NCBI GenBank assembly: GCA_964016885.1
Contig: OZ024761.1
Coordinates: 17,856,001-17,920,000 of the forward strand
Reading direction: 5' to 3'
Length of the DNA stretch: 64,000 bases
From: Eledone cirrhosa
Lineage: Eukaryota
Position 1 is the first letter of the stretch; every line of letters starts with the position of its first letter. The notes under the pieces were generated by a model. That model worked only from the letters and a program-made list of their open reading frames with translations. It was not told the origin of the DNA and did not search any database. A program made the position numbers and the translations under genes. Shown piece by piece: positions 10,868-25,952 of the stretch.

Positions 10868-12422
10868 CATTACACTCATATGTACATACACATGTATATA
10901 CATATATATATGTACACACATATATAAACACACATACATACTTCATATTTTCTACACACACACACACACCTGTGTGGTCACATGTATGTATATATATATA
11001 TATATATATGTACACACACAGATATATACATATAAACCCACATATTTATGTACATATGTATATTCTCCGATATATATATATATTTAGGAAGGTGATGGTC
11101 AAGTGTTGACCTTTGACACAAACCTACAGGCAGATATACCTAGTGACATGAAAACCTGAGAGAGATAACATGACATACAAAGATGGTGGTGGTACAGTAG
11201 TGGTGGTGATGGTATAGTAGTTGTGATGGTGGTGGAAGTGTTATAATAATTGTTTCTACTTTTGGCACAAGGCCAGCAATTACTGGTACTTTAATGGTGG
11301 CGGTGGTATAGTATTGATGATGGTGGTTGTGGTACAGTAGTGGCAATGGTGGTGGTATAACATTGGCTATGGTTGTTATAGTAATGGTGGTGGCATTTCC
11401 ATTTATGGCAGCAATTATTTAGTAGGTGGTCATGTGACATCACTATTTACATTCTAATACAAAAAACAAGAACATGATGGTAGAGTGAGTGTGTGTGTGT
11501 GTGTGTGTGCGCGCGCACTAAACTTTGGCATGGCATGATGATGCCTCAGGGATCACTGACCTAGAATGACCCCACTCCCATCAAGCAAGAGCAAGAAGTG
11601 TACTTAACTGAGGAATGGATTAATTCGATTATAATACTATTGAAGTCTCTACATTATAAATAAAGAATATATTTTCATAAATAGCATCCACACACATGAA
11701 CACCAGGTCCGAACAGAGGAACCAAACTCCCATAGTTATCTAACTAATAATTATTTCTACTTTTGGCACAAGGCCAGCAATTATCCCAGTGCATTACGGG
11801 TACTTTATTTTATCGACCCTATAAGGATGAAAGGCAAAGTTAACCTCGGCAGGATTTGAACTCAGATCTTAAAGGGCCGTAACTCTATGCTGCAAAGCAT
11901 GGCGTCCGACCTTCTACCGCCAATCCACCGCCCTTATCTAACTAATTATTGTTTCTACTTTTGGCACAAGGCCAGCAATTACCCAGTGCATTACTGGTAC
12001 TTTATTTTATCGACCACGTAAGGATGAAAGGCAAAGTTAACCTCGGCGGGATTTGAACTCAGTCCGTAAAGGGACGTAACTATGCTGCAAAGCATAGAGT
12101 CCGACCCTCTACCGATTCTGCCAATCTAACTAATAATGGTTTCTGATTTGGGCACAAGGACAACAATTTTTTTTTTTTAGGGAAAGAAGAAGAGGTTGAT
12201 TAAAGCAACCCCAGTGCATCACTGGTACTTTATTTTATCGACCCTGTAAGGAAGAAAGGCAAAGCTAACCTGGGCGGGATTTGAACTTAAAATGTAAACG
12301 ACTAACTATGCAACGAAGCATGTAGCCCATTGCTCTATGAATACATAATCCACGGCATTGGTTATGTAACTAATAATAGTTTGATTTAGGCACAAAGCCA
12401 ACGAATATTTGGTGGGAGGGCA

Positions 12423-12615
12423 TTAACCCTTTAGTATTTAAACCGGCCAGAATTCTCTTACCTCTTTCTGTACAAACTGGTCGCTCATACTTATTTTTTA
12501 TTTTGAGAAAAATACCTTAACATATCAAAATCTTGTAGATTCGATATGTGAGATAAAGTGTTTACTGTGAAAATACAATAGTATATATAGAGTAAAGTAA
12601 ATGCTAAAGGATTAA
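12423..12615. mobile_element. TTAA-flanked piggyBac-like MITE (~210 bp; representative)
   Basis: TTAA-CCCTTTAG(C)ATTT...AAATGCTAAAGGG-TTAA TIRs. Further copies 27198-27410, 31025-31188, 33118-33333, 39138-39954 (interrupted), 45074-45274, 45454-45667, 48398-48609, 52656-52861. Confidence 0.8.
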
Positions 12616-14294
12616 ACCCACTCCAGTGAATTACTGGTATTTTATTTTATTGACCTTCCCAAGGCATCAAAGTAAGAGGGTAGACTTAAAAGTTCACAGG
12701 ATGACTATGAAGGAGTAATGTTAGGACAGTGAAATCTTGTATGCTTTAATTTCAACTCTTCTTAATAACTGCATTGTTTCCTTCCAGGGACTATGCTGAA
12801 AAATAAACCTAATTTAGTTATTCCATGAGAGTATCTTGGTCATAGGGTGACTATGAAGGAGTGATGCTAGAGCTGTGAAATCTTGCATGCATTAATTTCA
12901 ACTCTTCTTAATAACTGCATTGTTTCCTTCCGGGGACTATGCTGAAAAATAAACCTCATTTGGTCATTCTATGAGAGAATCTTGGTCAGCCAACCCTTGT
13001 ATAACAATATCCGATTCACCATGATTTCACATTAAGAATCTTGCAAAACAAATCAAAGACGATAGTTCGTCTAGGACTACATTATCCAACATGTTCTTCC
13101 TTGTTTATCATCATCCAATATGGCCTGTTTTTTTGTGTTTTTTTAATAATAGAGAGTAGTTTGTAATAGACTGCAGTTTCTAGCAGGTGAGGTTACCACA
13201 TACTGTATATAGAGATCCCCTTTGGTGATGAATCACCATGGGCTTCGCACCTAGAAAGTTCTCACTCCGATGCATAAAGTCCAGGCAAAGTGTGTGGAGA
13301 GACGCTGTCTTGCAACAGGCCCATTCAATCCATGCAGGCATGGAAAAACGTATTTAAAAATACAAAAACCAAAATCCGAAGAGGGCTCAATAAGGATTGT
13401 TTATAAGTATATATATAAACCCGTATTCACCCTATACGGTATCTTCAGAAGTAGGGTGAAAGCAGAAATTCTTTGCTTAAACTTTAATCTGAACAAATAA
13501 TAAACAAATATATATATATATTTATATAAATAAAGTGCATAGACCACCCCCCCTTTGTTCATGAATAACCATGGGATTTGCACCTAGTAAGTTCCCCTCT
13601 GAGGCACAAAGTCCAGTTAAGGTTGTTGGTAGAAGACCAGCAATTGTCCATGCATACCAGTCTCCCCTCTCCACACCACCGATGTTATCCAAGAGAAAGG
13701 GAATTGCCGATACAGCTTGGCACCAGTGATGTCGCAACTCATTTCTACAGCTGAGTGAACTGGAATAACATATAAATAAAGTGTTTTGCTCAAGAACACA
13801 ACACACTACCCAGTCTGGGAATTAAACTCACAATCTGACAATTGTAAGCCCAACATTCTAACCACTAAGCCATGTGGCTTCACATATACAGTATATACTC
13901 ATATATGAATCAAGAAATATGCGACAAGAAAAAGAAAAAAAAATTAAATTATAAAATATGGAGGTGTGGCTTTTATTTTGCTGATTTTTCGCCAACTTGG
14001 TATCTATGTACGAACGTTACCAAAAGTGATTGCTTTAAAATAAAACACTGTTTTACTACATTTTAGAAGTATTTTTACAGAATATTTTTCCTACTCACAG
14101 TTTTGATTTAGGTTTTCATTTCTCCTAGCCTGTAAGAGGCCAGGTCCCTATTTAATTCATTTTTATTTATTAAAATGTTCTAATTGGGTCTCTTGTTGGC
14201 TCAAATGATTTTTCCAGTTCTGTATGATGTCATGTGTGTGCCAGATGTGGAAGGGAGAAAACACATCAAACACATCCCAATATAGAAAAACGGA

Positions 14295-14790
14295 CATTGA
14301 TGATGATGATGGTGGTGGTGGTGATGAAGATGATGATGATGAAGATTATGATGGGGGGGTCATGAAGATGGTGGTGGTGATGAAGATTATTATGACGGTG
14401 AGGGTTGATGATAATGGTGATGATGATGATGATGATGATGACAATATAGGCAATGGTAAAGATGACAATATTGATGGTGATGGTGGTGTCGATGAAAGTA
14501 AAATTAAAGCAATTTATCCACAAAGGTTAAGAAAAAGTATCAAAAGTAGTGAAATAGAATAAATTTTTTTTTTTTTTTTAAATCATCACCACCACCACCA
14601 CCATCATCATGATTATCATCATGGTAGTGATAGTAATGAGTGATGATGATGGTGGTGGTGGTGGTAGTGGTGGTGTAGAAAATGGTGATGGAGTTGGTGA
14701 ATGTGGTGCTGAAGATGATTATGATGACGAAGATGGTGGTGATACCAACAAACCAACAACACTTCATAACCCCCCCCCCCCCCCCCCAAT
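14295..14790. repeat. (GAT)/(GGT)n low-complexity trinucleotide tract
   Basis: Direct inspection. Confidence 0.85.
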
Positions 14791-15058
14791 GCAATTTCTC
14801 TTAAGTTAAACAATGTAGTTTGTGTGTGTGTGTCTGTCTGTCCGTGTCTGTATGTGTTTCAATACGATAATCAGCAAAGGATTTACCCTCCAACACCACC
14901 ATGTCATTTAAGAGTGCATATGTGTGTATGTATATACTCATACACACACATAGACATTATACATAAACGCTTGCATGTACATAAATATAGATAAGCATAC
15001 ACACATGAATTCAGACATAAATATAAATGCATATTTATATACACACATACATAAATGC

Positions 15059-15099
<41 letters not shown>

Positions 15100-15129
15100 C
15101 ATAAATGTATGGATACATGTGTATGTATG

Positions 15130-15172
<43 letters not shown>

Positions 15173-15425
15173 AATGCTAACTTCTCATTTACATATAATT
15201 TGGGGGCATTTACCTTTTCCAAACATGGAAAAAAAGGTGTAGAAATTAATATTATATACACACATGCTTTTATACACACACACACACACACACACAGAGG
15301 AGCCTTTGAAAAAGCCAAATGGCTCCTTAGCTGCTATCTCCCCCCAAAAAACTGCCCTGAAAACCTAATTTGTCCAAATCTGTCTCACACATACATATGT
15401 AAACACACAGATACACACAAACACC

Positions 15426-15456
<31 letters not shown>

Positions 15457-15519
15457 TTACATAGGTGTAGTTATACATAGGTAACACCACAAGAACTGCT
15501 GCCAGCCACAGTCTCCTGT

Positions 15520-15962
15520 TTACTCAATCAGCTCAAACAGGAGAAACAAACGCTTCAGGTGTTTAGGAAACTGGGGTAAATTTTCCTTCAGTTTCATTTC
15601 AATCTTGTAGATATTGTAGACGGTGCTGATGTCTTTGATGAACACGTCCAAGCAGGCGTCAGAGACACACTGCGTCTGTTGACAGTCCGCCGTCGATTCA
15701 TCAACTTCAACGACCGAATGTGAACAGTCGCTTTTGTGACATTTACACTTGTCGGTTGACGCCTCACTGTCATACAGTGACACCGACGGTTCGTGCCGGC
15801 TTTGCTTTGCCTTCGCCCGCCACGTTATGTACGGCAACTGTGCGGTATTCAGGTAGCAACGGATCAGGTGGAATACAAAACAGGAGTACTTCTCGATCTG
15901 GGAGTAAGTCAATTTAGTTACAATGTCAGAACTGTTTGTGTTGGAAGAGGGATGTTTCACAT
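15520..15962 (-). CDS. SLF1: SLF1 terminal coding exon 19
   Basis: TTTACAG acceptor, phase 1, open to TAA at 15520-15522. Confidence 0.82.
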
Positions 15963-16297
15963 CTGTAAAGAAAGATGGAATACTATGAAAACAAATCATA
16001 TCAATATATATACTGGAATATAAGGCAAAGAATACCTAAAAAAAAAAATCAAAAAATCAAAAAAAAAAAATCGATGATAGTAGTTGGTCTATATTCAGGG
16101 TCAATATTTGGACGATATTCACCAACTTCAAATTTTACATAAATAAGGTTTAGATTTTCGCCCATTTGTCAGACATAAAATAGTGGGGTCGGCATATATT
16201 CAGGTTCAATACTTTGATGATTTTCACAAACTTCAAATTCTATTTGGATTTTTGCTCATTTCTCAGACATAAAATAGTGGGGTTGGCTGATACTCGA

Positions 16298-16333
<36 letters not shown>

Positions 16334-17113
16334 ATAATAATAAATGTGATGACTAAAATCCGAAGAGGGCTCGATAAGGATAAATATATATCAAATATAT
16401 AAAAACCAAAGAGCAAATATTTATTAAAATAACAGACTAAAGTTTAAGCAAAGAATCGCTGCTTTCACTCTTAACGAGGTCTTCTGAAACTGAAGAAGAT
16501 CCCATTAAGGGTGAAATCAGTGATTCTTTGCTTAAACTTTAATCTGTTATTTTAATATATATATATATATATATCGGAGGCACATGGCTTAGTGGTTAGA
16601 GCATTGGCCTTGCAATCGAAAGGTTGTGAGTTCAATTCTCAGACTGGGTGATGTGTTGTTTCCTTGAGCAAGACACTTTATTTCACATTGCTCCAGTTTA
16701 CTCAGCTGTAGAAATGAGATGATAGGGACTGAGGTCCCTATCATTCCACTGCAAAGTGGTCGTGGAGGTGCCACGGCAAAAAAGCACCCAGCACTCACTG
16801 TAAATGAGGTTGGTGTTAGGAAGGGCATCCAGCTGTAGAAATCAAGCCAGAATCAGTTCCTGTCCCACCCTTGCAAGCAGGGAAAAAGCGGACGTAAAAT
16901 GAAATGATGATGATGATGATGATCGGAGTCCAGTTTAGTGTTTGTGAGGAGGATGACCGATTGAACAGGAACTTCAAGACTAGTAATAGGTAGAGACTTA
17001 ACCACTACCATGCTAGTCGATACATCGATCTCTACCATTCAATCGACCCTCCAAAATGATCGTAAAACAATTAACTAACTCTCTACATACACCTGACTTA
17101 TATTTTTATTATT

Positions 17114-17154
<41 letters not shown>

Positions 17155-17591
17155 CATCATCACCGTTTAACGTCCATCTTCCATGCTAGTATGGATTAGA
17201 CAGATGTCCCACTTGAGGCAAGATTGGTCGGGTGACCGTGTCTCGTTTGTATAGGACTATCTGGCAGGTTTTCTACGGCTGGATGCCCTTCCTAACACAA
17301 ACCACATTTACGGTGTGGACTGGGAGCTTTCTACCGTGTTACCTACATGGCCACATTACAGCGTGGACTGTGTGTTTTTTTTAGGGGAAATGGGTTGGGG
17401 TGAATGCTTGATTTGGAGGGGCGTACTGCCTGTAGGTTAACTCTGCACGTAGGTAAGGTGAGTCTCCCCCCCCCCCTCTCTCTCTCTATATATATATAAG
17501 ATAGTTTGGAATAACAGAAAACAAAAAACAGACAAACGCAAGAGTAAATGTTACAAATATTAGTTTCACACTTGGTGAGAGTTGGGTGTGT

Positions 17592-17625
<34 letters not shown>

Positions 17626-20600
17626 TATATATAGATATATATATAACGAAGGAAATGTGGTAAGGAACCAGGTGGACCATAACGCACCAAAGTACTCAAT
17701 ACTTGGGGTAGTAGAGTGGGTAATAGGAACCAGTAAGACCCCGACAGCTGAGCTCAAGCCGTTTCGACGGCTAATTCTGGACGAATTCCGTCGAAACGGC
17801 TTGAGCTCAGCTGTCGGGGTCTTACTGGTTCCTATATATATATATATATATATATATAGAAGGAAGTTAATTCTGAAACTTACCAAATATTTCTGAATGG
17901 TTTGACTGGTTAATGGAATTATTGTCATGATTCATGGAATTGTTGTCGTCAGGAAGAAAAGTATTTAATACAGCCACCATTTCTTCTGTGGCAGCCAAGT
18001 CAAGGGGAGTACAACCATCACTGGTCTTTAACTGAAGTAATTTGGGTCCTTTCAATATCAAATAAATGCAGAGAATTAGGATTAGGAAATCACACAAGAC
18101 AGACAATTCATAACTATTTTACATCTCAAAATACAAGGGTTGATGGAAAAATTCATAGGCTGATTATGATGGAGTGATGCTACTGCTATGAAATCGTGTG
18201 TGTTAATTTCAACTCTTATTAATAACTCTGTTTCTTTCCAGCCACTGTGCCTCTTCAATCCCATCAGTAGTCAGGGTCAAAAGAGAAAAAAGGTCCCAGG
18301 AGCAGACTGTCCAATGTATCCTCACTATCAAACTATACCCTATCAACGTCAACGCTACATATTTTTATGAGGGTGGGTCAAAAAGTTCATAGGCTGACTT
18401 TGAAGGAGTGATGCTAGTGCATTAATTTCAACTCTTATTAATAACTGCATTGTTTTTTTTCCAGGAACTATGTTGAAAAATAAACCTCATTTAGTAATTT
18501 CATGAGAATATCTTAGTCAGCCTACGAACTTTTCAGCTGACCCTCGTACATGGAAATACTCAACACTTTTCATACCAAACCATGTCTGTGTTTATCTAAA
18601 ATAGTGAATTGGCAGACCTGTTAAAATCCAGTGTGGAATTTTGTAGCTTTCCTACCAAAATACCTAAAAATGAAGACAACTTATTTTATATGTTAAGTCC
18701 CAGTTCAATATGACGTAACAAATAGCATCATCACCATTTAACGTGCATGGGTTAGACATGTTGTCACATTATGAGACCAGACAAGTCAGGTGAACATGTG
18801 GTGCACATATGATCCATTTTGGGCTGATTTTATATGGCTGGATGCCCTTCCCAATACCAAACACCTTACGAAGTAGACTGGATGCTTTCTGTTGTGGCAT
18901 CAGTACAAACACCTTACACGGTGGATTAGGTGCTTTTTGTCATGGTACCAGCATGATCCTCATAGGGTGGACAGGGTGCTTCTTGCTGTGGTACCAATAC
19001 AACCACCTTACAGTGTGGACTAGGTGCTTCATTGTTGTGACACCTGTATGACTGCCTTACAGGGTGGGCTGGGTGATTTTTGTCATGGCACTATGCACAA
19101 AAAAAAAAAGAAAATATTTGAGACTCCAATCTGCTATTTTCCTCTTCCCTTTCTACAACTCTCTGTGATGAAGGATTTTGGTGGAAACCTTCAAACACCA
19201 TCTTCTAAGTCTCCTTCCTTACAGTACACAAACTTGTCCTCAAATTTACAAAACAAGCCTACTTACCTTTGTACTTGAGTAAGAGCTGGGCACAGGCAAT
19301 ACTTTCATTTAAGACAGCATCATGAAGTGGGGTGATTAGATCTTCAGCTGTTGCACAGACATCTACCCTGGTACTTTGGGGTTGGCTGTAACCTTAGAAC
19401 AAGCAAAAACAGAAACATTATTAAATAATAAAGAAATGGTTTCTGATTTAGGCACAAATAATAGGAATAGTAATATGCCATATGTGCTTGAATATATTAT
19501 ACAGTAATATATATGCTTGTATATATTATACAGTAATATATATGCTTCTATATATTATACAGTAATATATCTGCTTCTATATATTATACAGTAATATATA
19601 TGCTTGTATATATTATACAGTAATATATATGCTTCTATATATTATACAGTAATATATCTGCTTCTATATATTATACAGTAATATATATGCTTCTATATAT
19701 TATACAGTAATATATATGATTCTATATATATATGCTTCTATATATTATACAGTAAAATATATGCTTCTATATATTATACAGTAAAATATATGCTTCTATA
19801 TATTATACAGTAATATATATGCTTCTATATATTATAGTAATATATCTGCTTCTATATATTATACAGTAAAATATATGCTTCTATATATTATACAGTAATA
19901 TATATGCTTCTATATATTATACAGTAATATATATGCTTCTATATATTATACAGTAATATATATGCTTCTATATATTATACAGTAATATATATGCTTCTAT
20001 ATATTATACAGTAAAATATATGCTTCTATATATTATACAGTAAAATATATGCTTCTATATATTATACAGTAATATATATGCTTCTATATATTATACAGTA
20101 AAATATATGCTTCTATATATTATACAGTAATATATATGCTTCTATATATTATACAGTAAAATATATGCTTCTATATATTATACAGTAAAATATATGCTTC
20201 TATATATTATACAGTAATATATATGCTTCTATATATTATACAGTAATATATATGCTTCTATATATTATACAGTTTATATGCTTCTATATATTATACAGTA
20301 ATATATATGCTTCTATATATTATACAGTTTATATGCTTCTATATATTATACAGTAAAATATATGCTTCTATATATTATACAGTTTATATGCTTCTATATA
20401 TTATACAGTAATATATATGCTTCTATATATTATACAGTAATATATATGCTTCTATATATTATACAGTTTATATGCTTCTATATATTATACAGTAATATAT
20501 ATGCTTCTATATATTATACAGTTTATATGCTTCTATATATTATACAGTAATATATATGCTTCTATATATTATACAGTAATATATATGCTTCTATATATTA

Positions 20601-23600
20601 TACAGTAAAATATATGCTTCTATATATTATACAGTTTATATGCTTCTATATATTATACAGTAATATATATGCTTCTATATATTATACAGTAATATATATG
20701 CTTCTATATATTATACAGTAATATATATGCTTCTATATATTATACAGTATATATGCTTCTATATATTATACAGTAATATATATGCTTCTATATATTATAC
20801 AGTAAAATATATGCTTCTATATATTATACAGTAATATATATGCTTCTATATATTATACAGTAAAATATATGCTTCTATATATTATACAGTAAAATATATG
20901 CTTCTATATATTATACAGTAATATATATGCTTCTATATATTATACAGTAATATATATGCTTCTATATATTATACAGTTTATATGCTTCTATATATTATAC
21001 AGTAATATATATGCTTCTATATATTATACAGTTTATATGCTTCTATATATTATACAGTAAAATATATGCTTCTATATATTATACAGTTTATATGCTTCTA
21101 TATATTATACAGTAATATATATGCTTCTATATATTATACAGTAATATATATGCTTCTATATATTATACAGTTTATATGCTTCTATATATTATACAGTAAT
21201 ATATATGCTTCTATATATTATACAGTTTATATGCTTCTATATATTATACAGTAATATATATGCTTCTATATATTATACAGTAATATATATGCTTCTATAT
21301 ATTATACAGTAAAATATATGCTTCTATATATTATACAGTTTATATGCTTCTATATATTATACAGTAATATATATGCTTCTATATATTATACAGTAATATA
21401 TATGCTTCTATATATTATACAGTAATATATATGCTTCTATATATTATACAGTATATATGCTTCTATATATTATACAGTAATATATATGCTTCTATATATT
21501 ATACAGTAATATATATGCTTCTATATATTATACAGTAATATATCTGCTTCTATATATTATACAGTAAAATATATGCTTCTATATATTATATAGTAATATA
21601 TATGCTTCTATATATTATACAGTAATATATATGCTTCTATATATTATACAGTAAAATATATGCTTCTATATATACAGTAATATATATGCTTCTATATATT
21701 ATACAGTAATATATCTGCTTCTATATATTATACAGTAATATATCTGCTTCTATATATACAGTAATATATATGCTTCTATATATTATACAGTAATATATAT
21801 GCTTCTATATATTATACAGTTTATATGCTTCTATATATTATACAGTTTATATGCTTCTATATATTATACAGTAATATATATGCTTCTATATATTATACAG
21901 TAATATATATGCTTCTATATATTATACAGTAATATATATGATTCTATATATTATACAGTAAAATATATGCTTCTATATATTATACAGTTTATATGCTTCT
22001 ATATATTATACAGTAATATATATGCTTCTATATATTATACAGTAAAATATATGCTTCTATATATTATACAGTTTATATGCTTCTATATATTATACAGTAA
22101 TATATATGCTTCTATATATTATACAGTAAAATATATGCTTCTATATATTATACAGTAATATATATGCTTCTATATATTATACAGTAAAATATATGCTTCT
22201 ATATATTATACAGTTTATATGCTTCTATATATTATACAGTAATATATATGCTTCTATATATTATACAGTAATATATATGCTTCTATATATTATACAGTAA
22301 TATATATGCTTCTATATATTATACAGTAATATATATGCTTCTATATATTATACAGTAATATATATGATTCTATATATTATACAGTAATATATATGCTTCT
22401 ATATATTATACAGTTTATATGCTTCTATATATTATACAGTAATATATATGCTTCTATATATTATACAGTAATATATATGCTTCTATATATTATACAGTAA
22501 TATATATGCTTCTATATATTATACAGTTATATATATGCTTCTATATATTATACAGTTTATATGCTTCTATATATTATACAGTAATATATATGCTTCTATA
22601 TATTATACAGTTTATATGCTTCTATATATTATACAGTAATATATATGCTTCTATATATTATACAGTAATATATATGCTTCTATATATTATACAGTAAAAT
22701 ATATGCTTCTATATATTATACAGTTTATATGCTTCTATATATTATACAGTAAAATATATGCTTCTATATATTATACAGTAAAATATATGCTTCTATATAT
22801 TATACAGTTTATATGCTTCTATATATTATACAGTAATATATATGCTTCTATATATTATACAGTAATATATCTGCTTCTATATATTATACAGTAATATATA
22901 TGCTTCTATATATTATACAGTAATATATCTGCTTCTATATATTATACAGTAAAATATATGCTTCTATATATTATACAGTAAAATATATGCTTCTATATAT
23001 TATACAGTAAAATATATGCTTCTATATATTATACAGTAATATATATGCTTGTATATATTATACAGTAAAATATATGCTTCTATATATTATACAGTAAAAT
23101 ATATGCTTCTATATATTATACAGTAATATATATGCTTCTATATATTATACAGTAATATATCTGCTTCTATATATTATACAGTAATATATCTGCTTCTATA
23201 TATTATACAGTAATATATATGCTTCTATATATTATACAGTTTATATGCTTCTATATATTATACAGTAATATATCTGCTTCTATATATTATACAGTAATAT
23301 ATATGCTTCTATATATTATACAGTAATATATCTGCTTCTATATATTATACAGTAATATATATGCTTCTATATATTATACAGTAATATATCTGCTTCTATA
23401 TATTATACAGTAATATATATGCTTCTATATATTATACAGTAATATATATGCTTCTATATATTATACAGTATATATGCTTCTATATATTATACAGTAATAT
23501 ATATGCTTCTATATATTATACAGTAAAATATATGCTTCTATATATTATACAGTAATATATATGCTTCTATATATTATACAGTAATATATATGCTTCTATA

Positions 23601-25916
23601 TATTATACAGTATATATGCTTCTATATATTATACAGTAATATATATGCTTCTATATATTATACAGTAATATATATGCTTCTATATATTATACAGTAATAT
23701 ATCTGCTTCTATATATTATACAGTAAAATATATGCTTCTATATATTATATAGTAATATATATGCTTCTATATATTATACAGTAATATATATGCTTCTATA
23801 TATTATACAGTAAAATATATGCTTCTATATATACAGTAATATATATGCTTCTATATATTATACAGTAATATATCTGCTTCTATATATTATACAGTAATAT
23901 ATCTGCTTCTATATATACAGTAATATATATGCTTCTATATATTATACAGTAATATATATGCTTCTATATATTATACAGTTTATATGCTTCTATATATTAT
24001 ACAGTTTATATGCTTCTATATATTATACAGTAATATATATGCTTCTATATATTATACAGTAATATATATGCTTCTATATATTATACAGTAATATATATGA
24101 TTCTATATATTATACAGTAAAATATATGCTTCTATATATTATACAGTTTATATGCTTCTATATATTATACAGTAATATATATGCTTCTATATATTATACA
24201 GTAAAATATATGCTTCTATATATTATACAGTTTATATGCTTCTATATATTATACAGTAATATATATGCTTCTATATATTATACAGTAAAATATATGCTTC
24301 TATATATTATACAGTAATATATATGCTTCTATATATTATACAGTAAAATATATGCTTCTATATATTATACAGTTTATATGCTTCTATATATTATACAGTA
24401 ATATATATGCTTCTATATATTATACAGTAATATATATGCTTCTATATATTATACAGTAATATATATGCTTCTATATATTATACAGTAATATATATGCTTC
24501 TATATATTATACAGTAATATATATGATTCTATATATTATACAGTAATATATATGCTTCTATATATTATACAGTTTATATGCTTCTATATATTATACAGTA
24601 ATATATATGCTTCTATATATTATACAGTAATATATATGCTTCTATATATTATACAGTAATATATATGCTTCTATATATTATACAGTTATATATATGCTTC
24701 TATATATTATACAGTTTATATGCTTCTATATATTATACAGTAATATATATGCTTCTATATATTATACAGTTTATATGCTTCTATATATTATACAGTAATA
24801 TATATGCTTCTATATATTATACAGTAATATATATGCTTCTATATATTATACAGTAAAATATATGCTTCTATATATTATACAGTTTATATGCTTCTATATA
24901 TTATACAGTAAAATATATGCTTCTATATATTATACAGTAAAATATATGCTTCTATATATTATACAGTTTATATGCTTCTATATATTATACAGTAATATAT
25001 ATGCTTCTATATATTATACAGTAATATATCTGCTTCTATATATTATACAGTAATATATATGCTTCTATATATTATACAGTAATATATCTGCTTCTATATA
25101 TTATACAGTAAAATATATGCTTCTATATATTATACAGTAAAATATATGCTTCTATATATTATACAGTAAAATATATGCTTCTATATATTATACAGTAATA
25201 TATATGCTTGTATATATTATACAGTAAAATATATGCTTCTATATATTATACAGTAAAATATATGCTTCTATATATTATACAGTAATATATATGCTTCTAT
25301 ATATTATACAGTAATATATCTGCTTCTATATATTATACAGTAATATATCTGCTTCTATATATTATACAGTAATATATATGCTTCTATATATTATACAGTT
25401 TATATGCTTCTATATATTATACAGTAATATATCTGCTTCTATATATTATACAGTAATATATATGCTTCTATATATTATACAGTAATATATCTGCTTCTAT
25501 ATATTATACAGTAATATATATGCTTCTATATATTATACAGTAATATATCTGCTTCTATATATTATACAGTAATATATATGCTTCTATATATTATACAGTA
25601 ATATATATGCTTCTATATATTATACAGTATATATGCTTCTATATATTATACAGTAATATATATGCTTCTATATATTATACAGTAAAATATATGCTTCTAT
25701 ATATTATACAGTAAAAGGCAGGGGGCCGGACGGGTTGAATTTCTTTAATTATTTATTTCTGGAAATTACATCTGTCCGACCTGTCATTTTACTTTATAAT
25801 ATATTTAACTCAGTTCCCGCATCACCAGGATTCAACATCAAAGATGGACGAGTTGCATAACATTGAGTGCTTTTCTCATATTACATCATGATTAACATTG
25901 CAGAACAAATTTAAAC

Positions 25917-25952
<36 letters not shown>

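Noticed and set aside
10147-12377. Short direct repeats separated by ~190-bp segments, superficially CRISPR-like
   Set aside because: The spacers are homologous SINE copies and the repeats are target-site duplications; eukaryotic context with no cas genes
16576-16650. tRNA-like heads with A/B boxes (also at SINE-A starts)
   Set aside because: No closed acceptor stem and they continue into SINE bodies, so they are not tRNA genes
20362-25053. Repeated 62-63 aa ORFs MLLYIIQFICFY...
   Set aside because: Chance open frames in the 29-bp satellite; used only as markers of higher-order repeats
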